Source of the DNA: Octopus bimaculoides
Taxonomy: Eukaryota
Length of the DNA: 32,110 nucleotides
Direction: 5' to 3'
Assembly (NCBI RefSeq): GCF_001194135.2
Contig: NC_068990.1
Span: forward strand, 64,734,739-64,766,848
The translations under genes were made by a program, and so were the position numbers. Shown piece by piece: positions 1 to 11,016 of this stretch (positions within the stretch are counted from its first letter, which is position 1; each line of letters starts with the position of its first letter). The notes beneath the pieces were generated by a model, which searched no databases, was not told the DNA's origin, and was given only the letters and a program-made list of their open reading frames with translations.

Positions 1-31
<31 letters not shown>

Positions 32-32
32 C

Positions 33-148
33 TCTCGATAAAAAAAAATGTAAAACAAAGTCGACTCCGACGGGATTTGAACTCAGAATAAAGATGTAAA
101 AATCCGTACAGCGCTTTTCATCCGTTACTTTACCAATTCTGTTAAACA
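33..148 (-). mobile_element. degenerate SINE family A
   Basis: CAAAGTCGACTCCGACGGGATTTGAACTCAGAA matches the reverse complement of the family-A B-box region. Confidence 0.55.
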
Positions 149-667
149 AACACCATTTTTTGAAATTTTGTAGTTTTTATTCCGTTATTTCTTTAACCGA
201 AATATTGATCACAAAGAGATCGCAAAAAGTTAACGAAGCACGGAGGTAGTGAAAAATACAAACAGATCCGGTAATAATAGGTGCATCGAGTATGACTGCA
301 GAGAAAACACAAAACCAGACACCAGAACCATACATACATACATAACAGGCCTTAACAAACAAGCCGGAACTCACACCTAAAATAGCGTTAGTTGACGCAG
401 AAACGTGTATTATATTTGTTTATTTATTTAGTTATATATTTATTTATGTAGGAAGGAGCTTCTCAATAAAATAACAATTAACATAACACTCTGACAAACC
501 TCTCACCCCCACCAAGAGAAAAAACAACAACATTGGAATCAATTCCATAACCATTATTAAATAACAGTGTAAAAAAAAGAAAAAGAAACCAAAACAGCAC
601 CAAATGAGCAGCAAAACCCAAAACAAAGCCGCACGCGAGCAAACACACACACACACACACACGTATA

Positions 668-702
<35 letters not shown>

Positions 703-1082
703 NNNNNNNNNNNNNNNNNNNNNNNNNNNNNNNNNNNNNNNNNNNNNNNNNNNNNNNNNNNNNNNNNNNNNNNNNNNNNNNNNNNNNNNNNNNNNNNNNN
801 NNNNNNNNNNNNNNNNNNNNNNNNNNNNNNNNNNNNNNNNNNNNNNNNNNNNNNNNNNNNNNNNNNNNNNNNNNNNNNNNNNNNNNNNNNNNNNNNNNNN
901 NNNNNNNNNNNNNNNNNNNNNNNNNNNNNNNNNNNNNNNNNNNNNNNNNACACACACATACACAAACGCACACATTGGTCCACATAGACACATGTGTGTG
1001 TGCAAGTTAGCTTATTTCTGATGATTCTTGGCAACGAGTAATTTTGTTATTAAAACATTCAAGGTATGAATTTTTCCCTTAT

Positions 1083-1084
<2 letters not shown>

Positions 1085-1137
<53 letters not shown>
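1085..1137. repeat. (CA)n microsatellite
   Basis: Direct reading. Confidence 0.95.
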
Positions 1138-1141
<4 letters not shown>

Positions 1142-1342
1142 TACACACGCACACACACACATGTATGTGTGCATGCGTGCATGTGTGTGTGTATGTGTGA
1201 GTCTTTGTATATGTGCAAGTCTAGATCGTCACTTATTGATCTTGTAAACAAACCACCCTTGGCGCAACACTCGTTGATGGCCACCATTTTAGTTGGCTCG
1301 ATCACTATTGAACTGATTGATCGATACGTGTATGGCATTATC

Positions 1343-1344
<2 letters not shown>

Positions 1345-1382
<38 letters not shown>
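1345..1382. repeat. (TG)n microsatellite
   Basis: Direct reading. Confidence 0.95.
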
Positions 1383-1386
<4 letters not shown>

Positions 1387-1974
1387 GTTTGCTTTTATGT
1401 TTGTTTATTTGTTCATTTGTTTGTTTTATTAGTTCGACGGCGTCAGGAATTATTTATACATCGGTGTGAATTGATCTCTTGTTATTTTAGGTTCAGAATA
1501 AATTTGTGATTTATTCTCATTTCTTTTTCGTTTGAAATTTTTATTTCGGTTTTTAGCATTTTTTTTCTTCTTCTTCTTCTTCTTCTTCTTCTTCCATATT
1601 TGATGTTATTGAAATTGAAACATCAGTTCTAACTTAAGATCAAACAATGATTTCCTATCTTTTTTTTCTTTTTTCTTGACACTTTTTCACAAGACCCGTT
1701 CCTATTTTTATTTTGTTTTATTTTGTTCATTTATTTCATTTTATTTGCAAAGGAAGAATCGAATTCTGTATATCATTTGCATCTGGTTTTATCGACCATA
1801 GAGTCATGAAATGCAAAGTCATTTGTGGTTAGATTTGAAATCGGGATAATTAAGTAACAAATAATGCATAACTTAGCTCTCTATCGTCTGCAACATCCTT
1901 GACATAATACGGTGTTATTATTCAATCATCATACATATCAAGGACATTAAAGGAAGGAGTTGATGTAGGAGTTA

Positions 1975-2040
1975 TTGTTTAGCTCCATGTCAACTCTGAG
2001 TATACCGAGGATCAAACGCATTCCAGCCATGACTATCATG
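1975..2040 (-). mobile_element. 3' tail fragment of old SINE family D
   Basis: TTGTTTAGCTCCATGTCAACTCTGA...CATTCCAGCCATGACTATC. Homologous segments at 4465-4551/4861-4912, 5960-5990 (opposite strand) and 20440-20515. Confidence 0.5.
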
Positions 2041-2110
2041 TCTTTTATTTGACATGCAGGAAATCCAGAACTACATTTATTCAACTTGTTCTTTTGTAAA
2101 AGTTATGACC

Positions 2111-2494
2111 GCAGATGTGGCTATGTGGTAAAACGTTTGCTTCCCCCACCACATGATTCTGGGTTCAGTCCCACTGCGTGGCACCTTAGCAAGTGTCTTC
2201 AACTATAGCCTCGGGCTGACCAAAGTTTTTTGAGTGGATTTGGTAGACGGAAACTGAAAGAAACCCATTGAATATATACATAAGTGTGTGTGCCTTTATG
2301 TATGTGTTTGTCCCTCACAACTGCTTGACAACCGGTGCTGGTGTGTTTACGTTCCCGTAACTTAGCAGTTCGACAAAAGAGACAGATAGAATAAGTATCA
2401 GGTTTCACGAAAAAAGTAAGTACTAAAATCTTTTCAAGGCGGTGCTCCAGCATGACCAAGGTCTAATATCTGAAGCAAGTAAACGATAAGAGAT
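2111..2494 (+). mobile_element. tRNA-derived SINE family B, full-length
   Basis: A/B-box-like head (GGCTATGTGGTAAA...GGGTTCAGTCCC), GGCACCTTAGCAAGTG domain, internal TA/TG block, tail GGCGGTGCTCCAGCATG...CTGAAGCAAGTAAA. Homologous to 6206-6926 and 22867-23085. Confidence 0.85.
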
Positions 2495-2611
2495 CTGACT
2501 ATTATTTCTTGTGCGTTGACCGAGGGTTCCTCCTTGAGATGCAGAAAGAAAGTTAGGAAATGGTTTGACAAAATCAGCAGTAAATAAATAAATCAGCAGT
2601 AAATAAATAAT

Positions 2612-3036
2612 CCTTTCTACTATAGGTACAAGGCCTGAAATTTTGTGGGAGGAGGCTAGTCGATTAGAACGACTCCAGTCCGCAACTGGTACTTAATTTA
2701 TCTACTCCGATAGGATGAAAGTCGACCTCGGCGGAATTTGAACTCAGAACGTAAACACAGACGAAATAACGCTAAGCATTTCACCCGGCGTGCTAACGTT
2801 TCTTATTTCTTTATTGTCCACAAGGGGCTAAACATAGAGGGGACAGACAAGGGTAGACAAATGGATTAAGTCAATTACATCGAGTCCCAGTACCTAACTG
2901 GTACTTAATTTATCGACCTCGAAAGGATAAAAGCAAAGTCAACCTCGGCGGAATTCGAACTCAGAACGTCACGGCAGTCGAAATATCGCTATGCATTTCG
3001 CTCGGAGTGCTAACGTTTCTGCCAGCTCACTGCCTT
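2612..3036 (-). mobile_element. SINE family A dimer (full copy 2801-3036 plus 5'-clipped copy 2612-2800)
   Basis: Two family-A bodies head-to-tail. The whole unit is flanked by AGTAAATAAATAAT at 2598-2611 and 3037-3050. Confidence 0.85.
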
Positions 3037-3094
3037 AGTAAATAAATAATACCACAAGGCCAAAATGCCTCGTAATATTATTTATTTAAAACAA

Positions 3095-3240
3095 TTTACG
3101 CTGTGAGTTCAAACTTGCCTTTCATTCTTCAAAAGTCGATAAATAAGTTCCAATCAATTACTGGCAACGATATAGTTGACTATACTCACCTTGCCAAATT
3201 TGAGATATTGTGCTCCAAGTTAGAAATCAGTATTATTGGA
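3095..3240 (+). mobile_element. degenerate SINE family A
   Basis: GTGAGTTCAAACTTGCCTTTCATTCTTCAAAAGTCGATAAATAAG...CCAAATTTGAG. Confidence 0.5.
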
Positions 3241-4084
3241 ATTATTGAATAACAAAGGACAGGATATTTGGATTCATTTGTATCGAATTCCTAGAAATAA
3301 ACTCTTTTACCTACAACCCGGTACCTTTATTTAACTGTCTATAGGCTTTGTCGGGTAACACAGAATTTGAAAGGGCTTATCAATGTGCCAACCGTCCCAG
3401 ATAACCAAAGAGGAAAGCGTTATCACCAAATCTATCCCAGTACTCATTTCTTTTTTTCTTTTTTCTATACGTAAATGAGTTTTTTTTTTTTTTCTGAACG
3501 ATTCCATATTGATCTGGCTTGTTAGACTTGCATTGTATATGATTGTTTTTATTGACATTAAATTTTGATCGATATTCATTGATTGTCTCAAAGTATTATT
3601 GTTAAAAATAACGCTCTGGTAGAAGAAAGAATTTGTACCGAACTCACGAATCTTAATTGCAATTCATATAGTTTGATCGTTTGTGTAANNNNNNNNNNTT
3701 TTTGTCACTGCTTTTTTTTTTTTAATCTTCTTTTCACCAATAACGAAAGAACAACTTCATTCTAAACAAGGTAAGACAAATGATGTGTGACAAACGGAAA
3801 TTCTTTTCATTCATTGAGTGTTAAAGCGGCACAGAAACCTCCGTCTCCAAGAAGTGTTGTTTTGGACAAACGAACCTGTCGTAAGCCACTATCCGCGTTC
3901 AGTTTATACCTGTAAGAAGAATTGAAGGCAACACAAACAGCGAACAGAAAAGCTTGTCAATATTTTCTACCAATCAAAATACTAGATAAATTTAATCGAC
4001 TAAATCTTGCCGACAAATTTGAGATTTTGTGTCTACTTTAGAAATCAATACGTACACTATTGCTTTTTAGTTGCATTCTCTTTC

Positions 4085-4225
4085 TTTCTGAGTTCAATTC
4101 CTGCTGAAGTTCACTTTGCCTTTCATCCTTCTAGGATCGATAAAATCAGTATCAGTTATATGCTCAGGTCGATATGATCGACTTTTCCATCCGCCTCGGC
4201 TCCATTTGTGCCAACATTCATAAAT
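4085..4225 (+). mobile_element. degenerate SINE family A
   Basis: TTCTGAGTTCAATTCCTGCTGAAGTTCACTTTGCCTTTCATCCTTCTAGGATCGATAAAAT...TTGTGCCAA. Confidence 0.55.
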
Positions 4226-4554
4226 CCTAATTTATACTCCTGCGACCATTTGTAGCGACATTCTTGTCTCTTTCTTACGGTATCTACTTTTAGCTTAAGT
4301 GGGCCGAACAATTTAAGAATCAAGTGTGCAGGTCGGGGTCAAAGTACAATGTTACTGATAAGCTACAAACCAGCTACTTTTTAAATTGTTTGACCTCTTA
4401 CCCTCTCCATTCATGAATCTGTGTTCCTTGAAATCAAGATGTGTTATTGTTGTTGTTGTTATTGCTTAGCTCCAGGTCAGTCTTGATTATGCATACCTTT
4501 TGTTGTTGTAATTACTATCATTATTGTTATTTAATCCCAGGTTAACTCTGATTG

Positions 4555-4860
4555 TGAGTGTTTATTGAGCGAAAACACCTAAAGCTCCACGAGGCTCCGG
4601 CAGGGGATGGTGGTGAACCCTGCTGTACTCTTCCGCCACAACTTTCTCTCACTCTTACTTCCTGTTTCTGTTGTGCCTGTAATTCAAAGAGTCAGCCTTG
4701 TCACACTGTGTCACGCTGAATATCCTCGAGAACTACGTTAAGGGTACAGGTGTCAGTGGAGTGCTCAGCCACTTGCACGTTAATTTCACGAGCAGGCTGT
4801 TCCGTTGATCGGATCAACTGGAACCCTCGACGTCGTAAGCGACGGAGTGCCAACAACAAC
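4555..4860 (+). mobile_element. 5'-truncated SINE (family C2 body) inserted in a family-D tail
   Basis: GTGTTTATTGAGCGAAAACACCTAAAGCTCCACGAGGCTCCGGCAGGG is shared with 20961-21277. (CAA)n end. TSD AACTCTGA at 4544-4551 and 4861-4868. Confidence 0.8.
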
Positions 4861-5639
4861 AACTCTGACTGAGCACATTTATGATCAAAGGCTCTCTAGT
4901 CACGACCATCTGTTTCCCCCCCCCTCTGTATAGGGAATTCAGGACCGTATTAACTGCTATTTCGTGCATGTCAAGATTCCTTCAGTGGTATGTAGACATT
5001 CTATCATTGATACATTAGGGAAGGGCTACTGAAAGTGGTATACGGCAAAATCAGTAAACATGTTCCAACCGTGGCCATCATGCATTTTCCAAAGACATAG
5101 TGTATCTAACAGAGGCGTAACAAGAGATGGGGAAATGTCTCCGACGGGTGCAGGTGTGCAGGTGGGTCAAATTTCATCTGGTCTATTATGTATGTTAATT
5201 AAGATGAGAGGCGCCAAAAATATTTTTCTTCCAGGGCTCTTGCTGTGCCACTTGAGTAAAAACTACATGCATCCAGTCCGTCCCCATCCCGTTTTTTAAA
5301 ACACAGCAAGGTGTAATTTGAGGAAATTTTCCTACTAATTCTAGCAGGTCGAACAATAACGCAGAGGCTCTCACTTGGAACTGAGAAAAATGAGGAACTG
5401 AACACGTAACAGGTATAGGACCATTTTAGAAAATATTTAAAAAACATATTGTATTGAAAAGTACTATATTGCGTTTGGAAATAGATTTTTAAAAAATGCG
5501 ATAATGGTTGAAATTGTTCTAATTTAATAACCGAGCAACACACTCTAGGCTGGTTAGATGGTGCTGTCTCAGGAAGCAATTTCATAAAAAAATTAGACTG
5601 CCGTTTTCACTTCTTTTGGAACCAGTGTCTCATCGATGT

Positions 5640-5990
5640 AAGCTGCTGTCTTGCTGTTTATCAGGGTTATTTGCTGGTGATACAAGGCAAATTGACCAAT
5701 GACAACTTATGTTGTTTGTATGTGTAAAAACGTTACAAGTAACAAGTCAAGAAAGCCTCAAAGCGGTTGCTTGAACATCAAGAAAGAGCAGCCAAGTTTC
5801 CGTCAAACGTTCCCCTAACCCCCTTAAAAAGGAATGAATATACTGGACAATTCAGTCACGGATATATTATGCTAGAAAAGAAGACAGGTTGATCACATCT
5901 AGAACTCCGGTTGGACAATAAAGACTCTAAATTATTCGGCTGACTATCTACTCAGCTGACCCAAGGTTAAATAACATCCTGGACATCTAT
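5640..5990 (+). mobile_element. old degenerate SINE family D
   Basis: TTGAACATCAAGAAAGAGCAGCCAAGTTTCC resembles 17500-17540 and 21995-22030 (CTAGAAATAGCAGCC-type block). It ends in the GCTGACCCAAGGTTAAATAAC tail. Confidence 0.45.
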
Positions 5991-6205
5991 AAATAAGTTG
6001 TAATAAATTGCAAACAGACAACTTTATAAGTATGCAATGCTATATAAGCAATAATGTGAATTTGTGGGTGCATGGGTATGATAGAATCTAGCAAGAAACC
6101 TCAGTCTCTACCATCCAACACTACATATTCTTAAAAATCATCACGTGTAACAAAGACCATCGCAGTGAAATTCGTATTCTCAAATTTGTCGTAATCTCAT
6201 TCACA

Positions 6206-6926
6206 GAGGCCAGCGTGTCTGTATGGTTAGAAGTTTGTTTCCCAACCACATGGTTCCCGGTTCAGTCCATTATGTGTTACCTTGAACAAGTGTCGGGGCG
6301 ACCAAAGCCTTGTGAATAGATTTGGTAAACGGAAACTGAAAGAAGCTAATCGTACAGTTTTTCAAAATGTAACCACATATGAATCGTTGGCGACTTTTTT
6401 TCCCTCCGTCTTCCTTTTCTACTGGACTTCCTTCTGTTACTGAAGAAGAGCTGTACTCGAAACGTTAAACCATCTTTCTTTCCTTCCCTGAGCGTCTGGT
6501 ACCACGTCTTCGCGTTGTTGCTTTTTGTGTTTGTNNNNNNNNNNNNNNNNNNNNNNNNNNNNNNNNNNNNNNNNNNNNNNNNNNNNNNNNNNNNNNNNNN
6601 NNNNNNNNNNNNNNNNNNNNNNNNNNNNNNNNNNNNNNNTATATATATATATGTATATGTATGTATGTATGTATGTATGTATATACATACATGTGTGTGT
6701 GCATGTGTGTATGTGTGTCTTTGTGTTTGTCCCCCCACCAACACTTGACAATCGGTGTGTTTATGCTCCCCACCCCGTATGTTAGCGGTTCGGCAAAGAG
6801 ACTGAGAGAAGATGTGCCAGGCTTTAAAAAATGTATTGTGGTAGATTCGTTCGATTAAAAACTCTTCAAGGCGGTGCTCCAGCTTGGCCACAGTCAATGA
6901 CTGAAACAATTAGAAGATAAAAGATA
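6206..6926 (+). mobile_element. SINE family B split by an internal insertion and a gap (5' half 6206-6354, 3' half 6640-6926)
   Basis: Both halves are collinear with 2111-2494. Confidence 0.8.
6355..6534 (+). mobile_element. Penelope-like terminal remnant carrying a hammerhead-like core
   Basis: CTGAAGA-A-GAG-CTGTA-CTC-GAAA-CGTT at 6440-6466, typical of PLE ends. It interrupts a family-B SINE. Confidence 0.55.
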
Positions 6927-7388
6927 TGTCGTGGTCATTTGCAAGGGCAGCAAGGCAGATTTCATCTTCGCGAAGTGCATCTAGAGAAGGTCAGTATAAC
7001 AAAGGAACCTACTTCTCTCCAAGCTCTACAAACGGAATGAGTCGAACTCAAAATTGCAGACTAATGAAACACTCATCAACTTGACAGTGCTGCACTGCTG
7101 CCAACAACGACGATTTTTTGTTGCTATTGCTTTTAATTTGTAAAGATAGAGGACTGGAAGAGCAGCTCCTATGATCCTTTTCACTGCCTTCGATATCAAT
7201 TGTGGGGAAGGAGAAAGTTATCCGAAGACCAGAAACCTAATATGATTGCTAATATCAAAGTAGATCTTCGCTAAAGTCATCCAGTGCCTAGTGGTGGTCA
7301 GATTTGACCTTACAATTGATGCTCCCCACCCCCAGACAAGCTGAATTTCGGTGTCTTTACAAGCACAATCAATTTTTAGTAGTCAGAA

Positions 7389-7630
7389 GGTGGCGAGCTG
7401 GCAGAATCCTAAGCACGCCGGAAAAAATGCTTAGCAGTATTTCGTCGGTCTTTACGTTCTGGGTTCAAATGCCGCCGGGGTCGACTTTGCCTTTCATCCT
7501 TTCATCCTTGCATTTCATCCTTTTGGGGGGTCGATAAAATAAGTACCAGTTTCGCACTGGGGTCGATTACATCGACCAGTTCCCTGCCTCCATGCTTGCT
7601 GGCCTTGTGCCAAAATTTGAAACTAATATT
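7389..7630 (+). mobile_element. SINE family A, full-length
   Basis: GGTGGCGAGCTGGCAGAATC...GGGTTCAAATGCCG...GGCCTTGTGCCAAAATTTGAAAC, with an internal TTTCATCC-type triplication. Confidence 0.9.
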
Positions 7631-8044
7631 TACAAAGACGGAAAACTATAAATATAGGAATAAAGTGTTCGAGAGAATAATTGAAACGCAGCATCAAAGC
7701 TTGGAATGCTTTCATTAATATAACTAAGAGAGCGAGAGAGAGAGAATGAGGAGGGAGGAAGGGAGGGAGAGTATCTGAATTATTGGCAATGATCTTGACA
7801 CATTTTTATTACAAACAGAGCGGGGATGAATGGACGGCAGAAAGTTCAAACAGTGCTGTTAATCTTCTGCAGATGCAATGAATTTTCTCCTAATAAATTC
7901 AAGAATGAACACAAAAGAATAGATGTTGAAAAACATATATATCATCTTTATAAAACATTTTCCTTGACTGTAAATTACTTTGTTTGCAGTTTACTTTCTA
8001 TTATATATAAATATGTATATAACACACACACACACACACACACA

Positions 8045-8230
8045 CACGAGGTGGTGCTGAAAAGTTCCTGGCTTTAATGGTGTTACGAAAGGCCTAGTTG
8101 AAGGTTCAACCTTCCGAGTTCTTTTACATGGCTTACAAAAACTGAAGGATCGCTGCAATAAGTGTGTGAATCTGAGAGAGAAATATGTTGAATAAAATCA
8201 TAATTAACGGATCCTCTGGGAACTTTTCAG
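8045..8230 (+). mobile_element. mariner deletion derivative / MITE
   Basis: TIR CGAGGTGGTGCTGAAAAGTTCCTGG and partial inverted copy CTGGGAACTTTTCAG. Positions 8124-8195 encode LHGLQKLKDRCNKCVNLREKYVE*, the canonical mariner transposase C-terminus. Confidence 0.8.
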
Positions 8231-8317
8231 GTCAATTCATTCGATTAAAAAAAAAGAAATCTTCAAGACAGTGCCCCAGCATGGCCTCAGTCTAATGACT
8301 TAATCAAGTAAAAGATA
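8231..8317 (+). mobile_element. SINE family B 3' tail fragment
   Basis: CTTCAAGACAGTGCCCCAGCATGGCCTCAGTCTAATGACTTAATCAAGTAAAAGATA. Confidence 0.75.
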
Positions 8318-8510
8318 TACGAGAGTGAGTCAAAATGTAATGCGATCTTTATTTGCATTACCTTCCAAATCTCCAATGTAAGTCAAAGAGCAACGAAAAA
8401 TAAAAATTGCATTATTTTCTGACTCCGCCCTCCTACAAAACTAGTTTTCTTTTGACAGAATTCCGAAAGAATTTAATGCAGTTCCATACCTGGAAAATTC
8501 CAAACATATG
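8318..8510 (+). mobile_element. possible second mariner-type fragment
   Basis: Starts TACGAGAGTGAGTCAAAA, a mariner-like TIR. The other end was not found. Confidence 0.35.
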
Positions 8511-8641
8511 ACGTGGCCTTCCAAGCCTGTGGTAACTAGAATGATTGCCTGAGTTGTTGGTCCCTTTCGCTGACCGCGGGAGCCGTGTGAAACCAATAGA
8601 TGATTAAATTGATCACCTAAGGACAGGAACTCTCCTACTGT

Positions 8642-8795
8642 CGGGCTTCCATTCAGTTTCTGTTTATCAAATTTGTTTCACTGGTTATTGAGCAACTTGA
8701 CAATGTCGTAGAAAATACTTGCCCAAGGTGCTACGCAATAGGATACCAGAAACCGATGCGAAGTAAACTTCTTAATACAACTTTTCATGCTTACA
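8642..8795 (-). mobile_element. degenerate SINE family B 5' half
   Basis: GGGCTTCCATTCAGTTTCTGTTTATCAAATT...TACTTGCCCAAGGTGC is the reverse complement of the family-B body. Confidence 0.5.
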
Positions 8796-9401
8796 CCCGT
8801 GCCGCTGTCCCTACCCTGTGGATTATATGTAAGCCAGATGGACTAAACCATTTTAACAAGACTAGTATCTCGACTTGTGTCATCTTCAAGTACTCATTGG
8901 GCCTGTGGGACCTCCTCATCGAAATGTGATGAAGTTATATTATTCATGAGTCCTGAGCCAATAAGAGAAAGGCTCAACAAGTAAATCTGTCCAGTGCTCT
9001 AAAGAGGACCTCTCGAACACGTGTAAGATCTTTAACCCTCCTGAATTCTGAAAGCAACCATCTGTGTCGGAGCTGAAAGCTTTTTAGAGCAAGCAAATTT
9101 TTCTAGAGGACCAATGTCAAGCAACATCCACGGCCACCAACTTTAAGATGGGCAATGACATGAATCATACGACACCGTATTGGTGACGGAAATTGGATTA
9201 TGAACGCCCAACTCTTGGTTTCTAGTCCGGGATTACTCTTACTCTAATTACTTGATTTTTTCCTTAGTTACATTAGGGAGTGCTTTGTGGGAATATTAAA
9301 TCGATCTCATCACTTAACAGATGAAAGTGGCAAAAAATAACTTCGGTAAATTTTGAACGTTGAACGCAAAGGTCTGTAAACATACTCCTCTCCTCCTCCG
9401 C

Positions 9402-9780
9402 ACCACCACCACCACCACCACCATCTCTGCCGCCACCACCATCATTGTCATCGTCATCATCGTCATCGTCATCATCGTCATCATCATCACCACCACCATC
9501 ATCCNNNNNNNNNNNNNNNNNNNNNNNNNNNNNNNNNNNNNNNNNNNNNNNNNNNNNNNNNNNNNNNNNNNNNNNNNNNNNNNNNNNNNNNNNNNNNNNN
9601 NNNNNNNNNNNNNNNNNNNNNNNNNNNNNNNNNNNNNNNNNNNNNNNNNNNNNNNNNNNNNNNNNNNNNNNNNNNNNNNNNNNNNNNNNNNNNNNNNNNN
9701 NNNNNNNNNNNNCCACTATCAAGACGACGACGACGACGACCACCACCACCACCACCACCATCTTCAATCATCATCATCAA
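9402..9780. repeat. compound (CAC)/(CAT)/(GAC) trinucleotide tract spanning an N gap
   Basis: Direct reading. Confidence 0.9.
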
Positions 9781-9980
9781 AGAAAAAAAATAATGATTTT
9801 ATGAGATATAGAGAAATATTGCCATGATGAATGTTCGTATTTTGTTAATAATTAGAGATTGGAAACCACGAGAAGCCAATATGGAAAAATCAGGTTTTTG
9901 ATGTTTTTCTTTGAATATCGAAAATAACGAATAACAATGCTTACACAAATATTATATCTCATTTACGCACAAGGGGCACG

Positions 9981-10034
9981 TACACACACGTACAGGAGCA
10001 CACACACGTACAGGAGCACACACACGTACAGGAG
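9981..10034. repeat. 3 x 18-bp tandem repeat CACACACACGTACAGGAG
   Basis: Direct reading. Confidence 0.9.
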
Positions 10035-10932
10035 CACACACACACACACACACACGAGCACACATATATAGGGAAGCACACACATTTACAGAATCAGTCA
10101 CAGATATGCAGGAGCGTACACAGAAATATACGTACACACACACACAAAGAGAAGAGTACAGACATAATTATGTGTATACTTACACATCTGAATGTATCTC
10201 TTTTCACGTGCAAACAAACATTTAAAGTTAAAACAATCAAACATTTATTACATACAGATACACTGACACACACACATACACACACATACATACATACATA
10301 CATACATACATACATACATGCATACATACATACATACATACAGCCATACATACATGCATATGCAAGTACGCGCGCGAATTCTGAAACAGAAAAGGCTGTC
10401 AAGAAAAAGAAAAAAGCAGAGAGGAAAAAGAAAAAAGAGAAAAATGAGAAGATAGAAACAACGAACGAACGATAAGGTTATTTATTTATAAATATATAAT
10501 ATCTAATTCTTGACATTTCATTCACGTAGAAACTAACAAACAAACAAACAAACAAACAAACAAAAAGCGTTCATTCAGATTCCGAGTCGAATGTTATGGT
10601 GTGACATATATAGATTTATAGTAGAAATATGAGAGTAAGACGAGTTGGCGGGGAGTGTAATATAGGATGTGAGAGGTTTGAAAAAAAGTGGAGAGGGCTG
10701 TTCTAACATATGATGGTAGACGCGACGGCGATGGAAGTGGCAGCGGCGGTGCCGTTAGTGGTGGTGGTGGTGATGGTGGTAGTGGTGGTGGTGGTGGTGG
10801 TAGTGGTGGTAATAGTGGTGTGTAGAAGATTATGGTTAAATGAGAAGAGCGGTAAAATGTTTATGGCCTCGGGTCAGCTTTGATCGTAAGACGAGGAAGC
10901 TGGAAGACAACTGCATAACATACATAGATACA

Positions 10933-10934
10933 CT

Positions 10935-11014
<80 letters not shown>
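10933..11014. repeat. compound (CA)n(CT)n microsatellite
   Basis: Direct reading. Confidence 0.95.

Positions 11015-11016
<2 letters not shown>

Noticed and set aside
177-374. Hydrophobic ORF with YLRASLTFCDLFV, vaguely like GPCR TM2
   Set aside because: No TM1 GN motif or other receptor motifs, it includes a (TATG) repeat, and similarity is at chance level.
5110-5254. Possible hAT MITE (CAGAGGCGTAAC ... GCTGTGCCACTTG)
   Set aside because: TIR match is weak and there is no 8-bp TSD.
9240-9301. Plus-strand acceptor followed by xTLGSALWEY* (possible terminal exon)
   Set aside because: Pseudo-acceptors are common in AT-rich introns; there is no upstream exon or recognisable protein.
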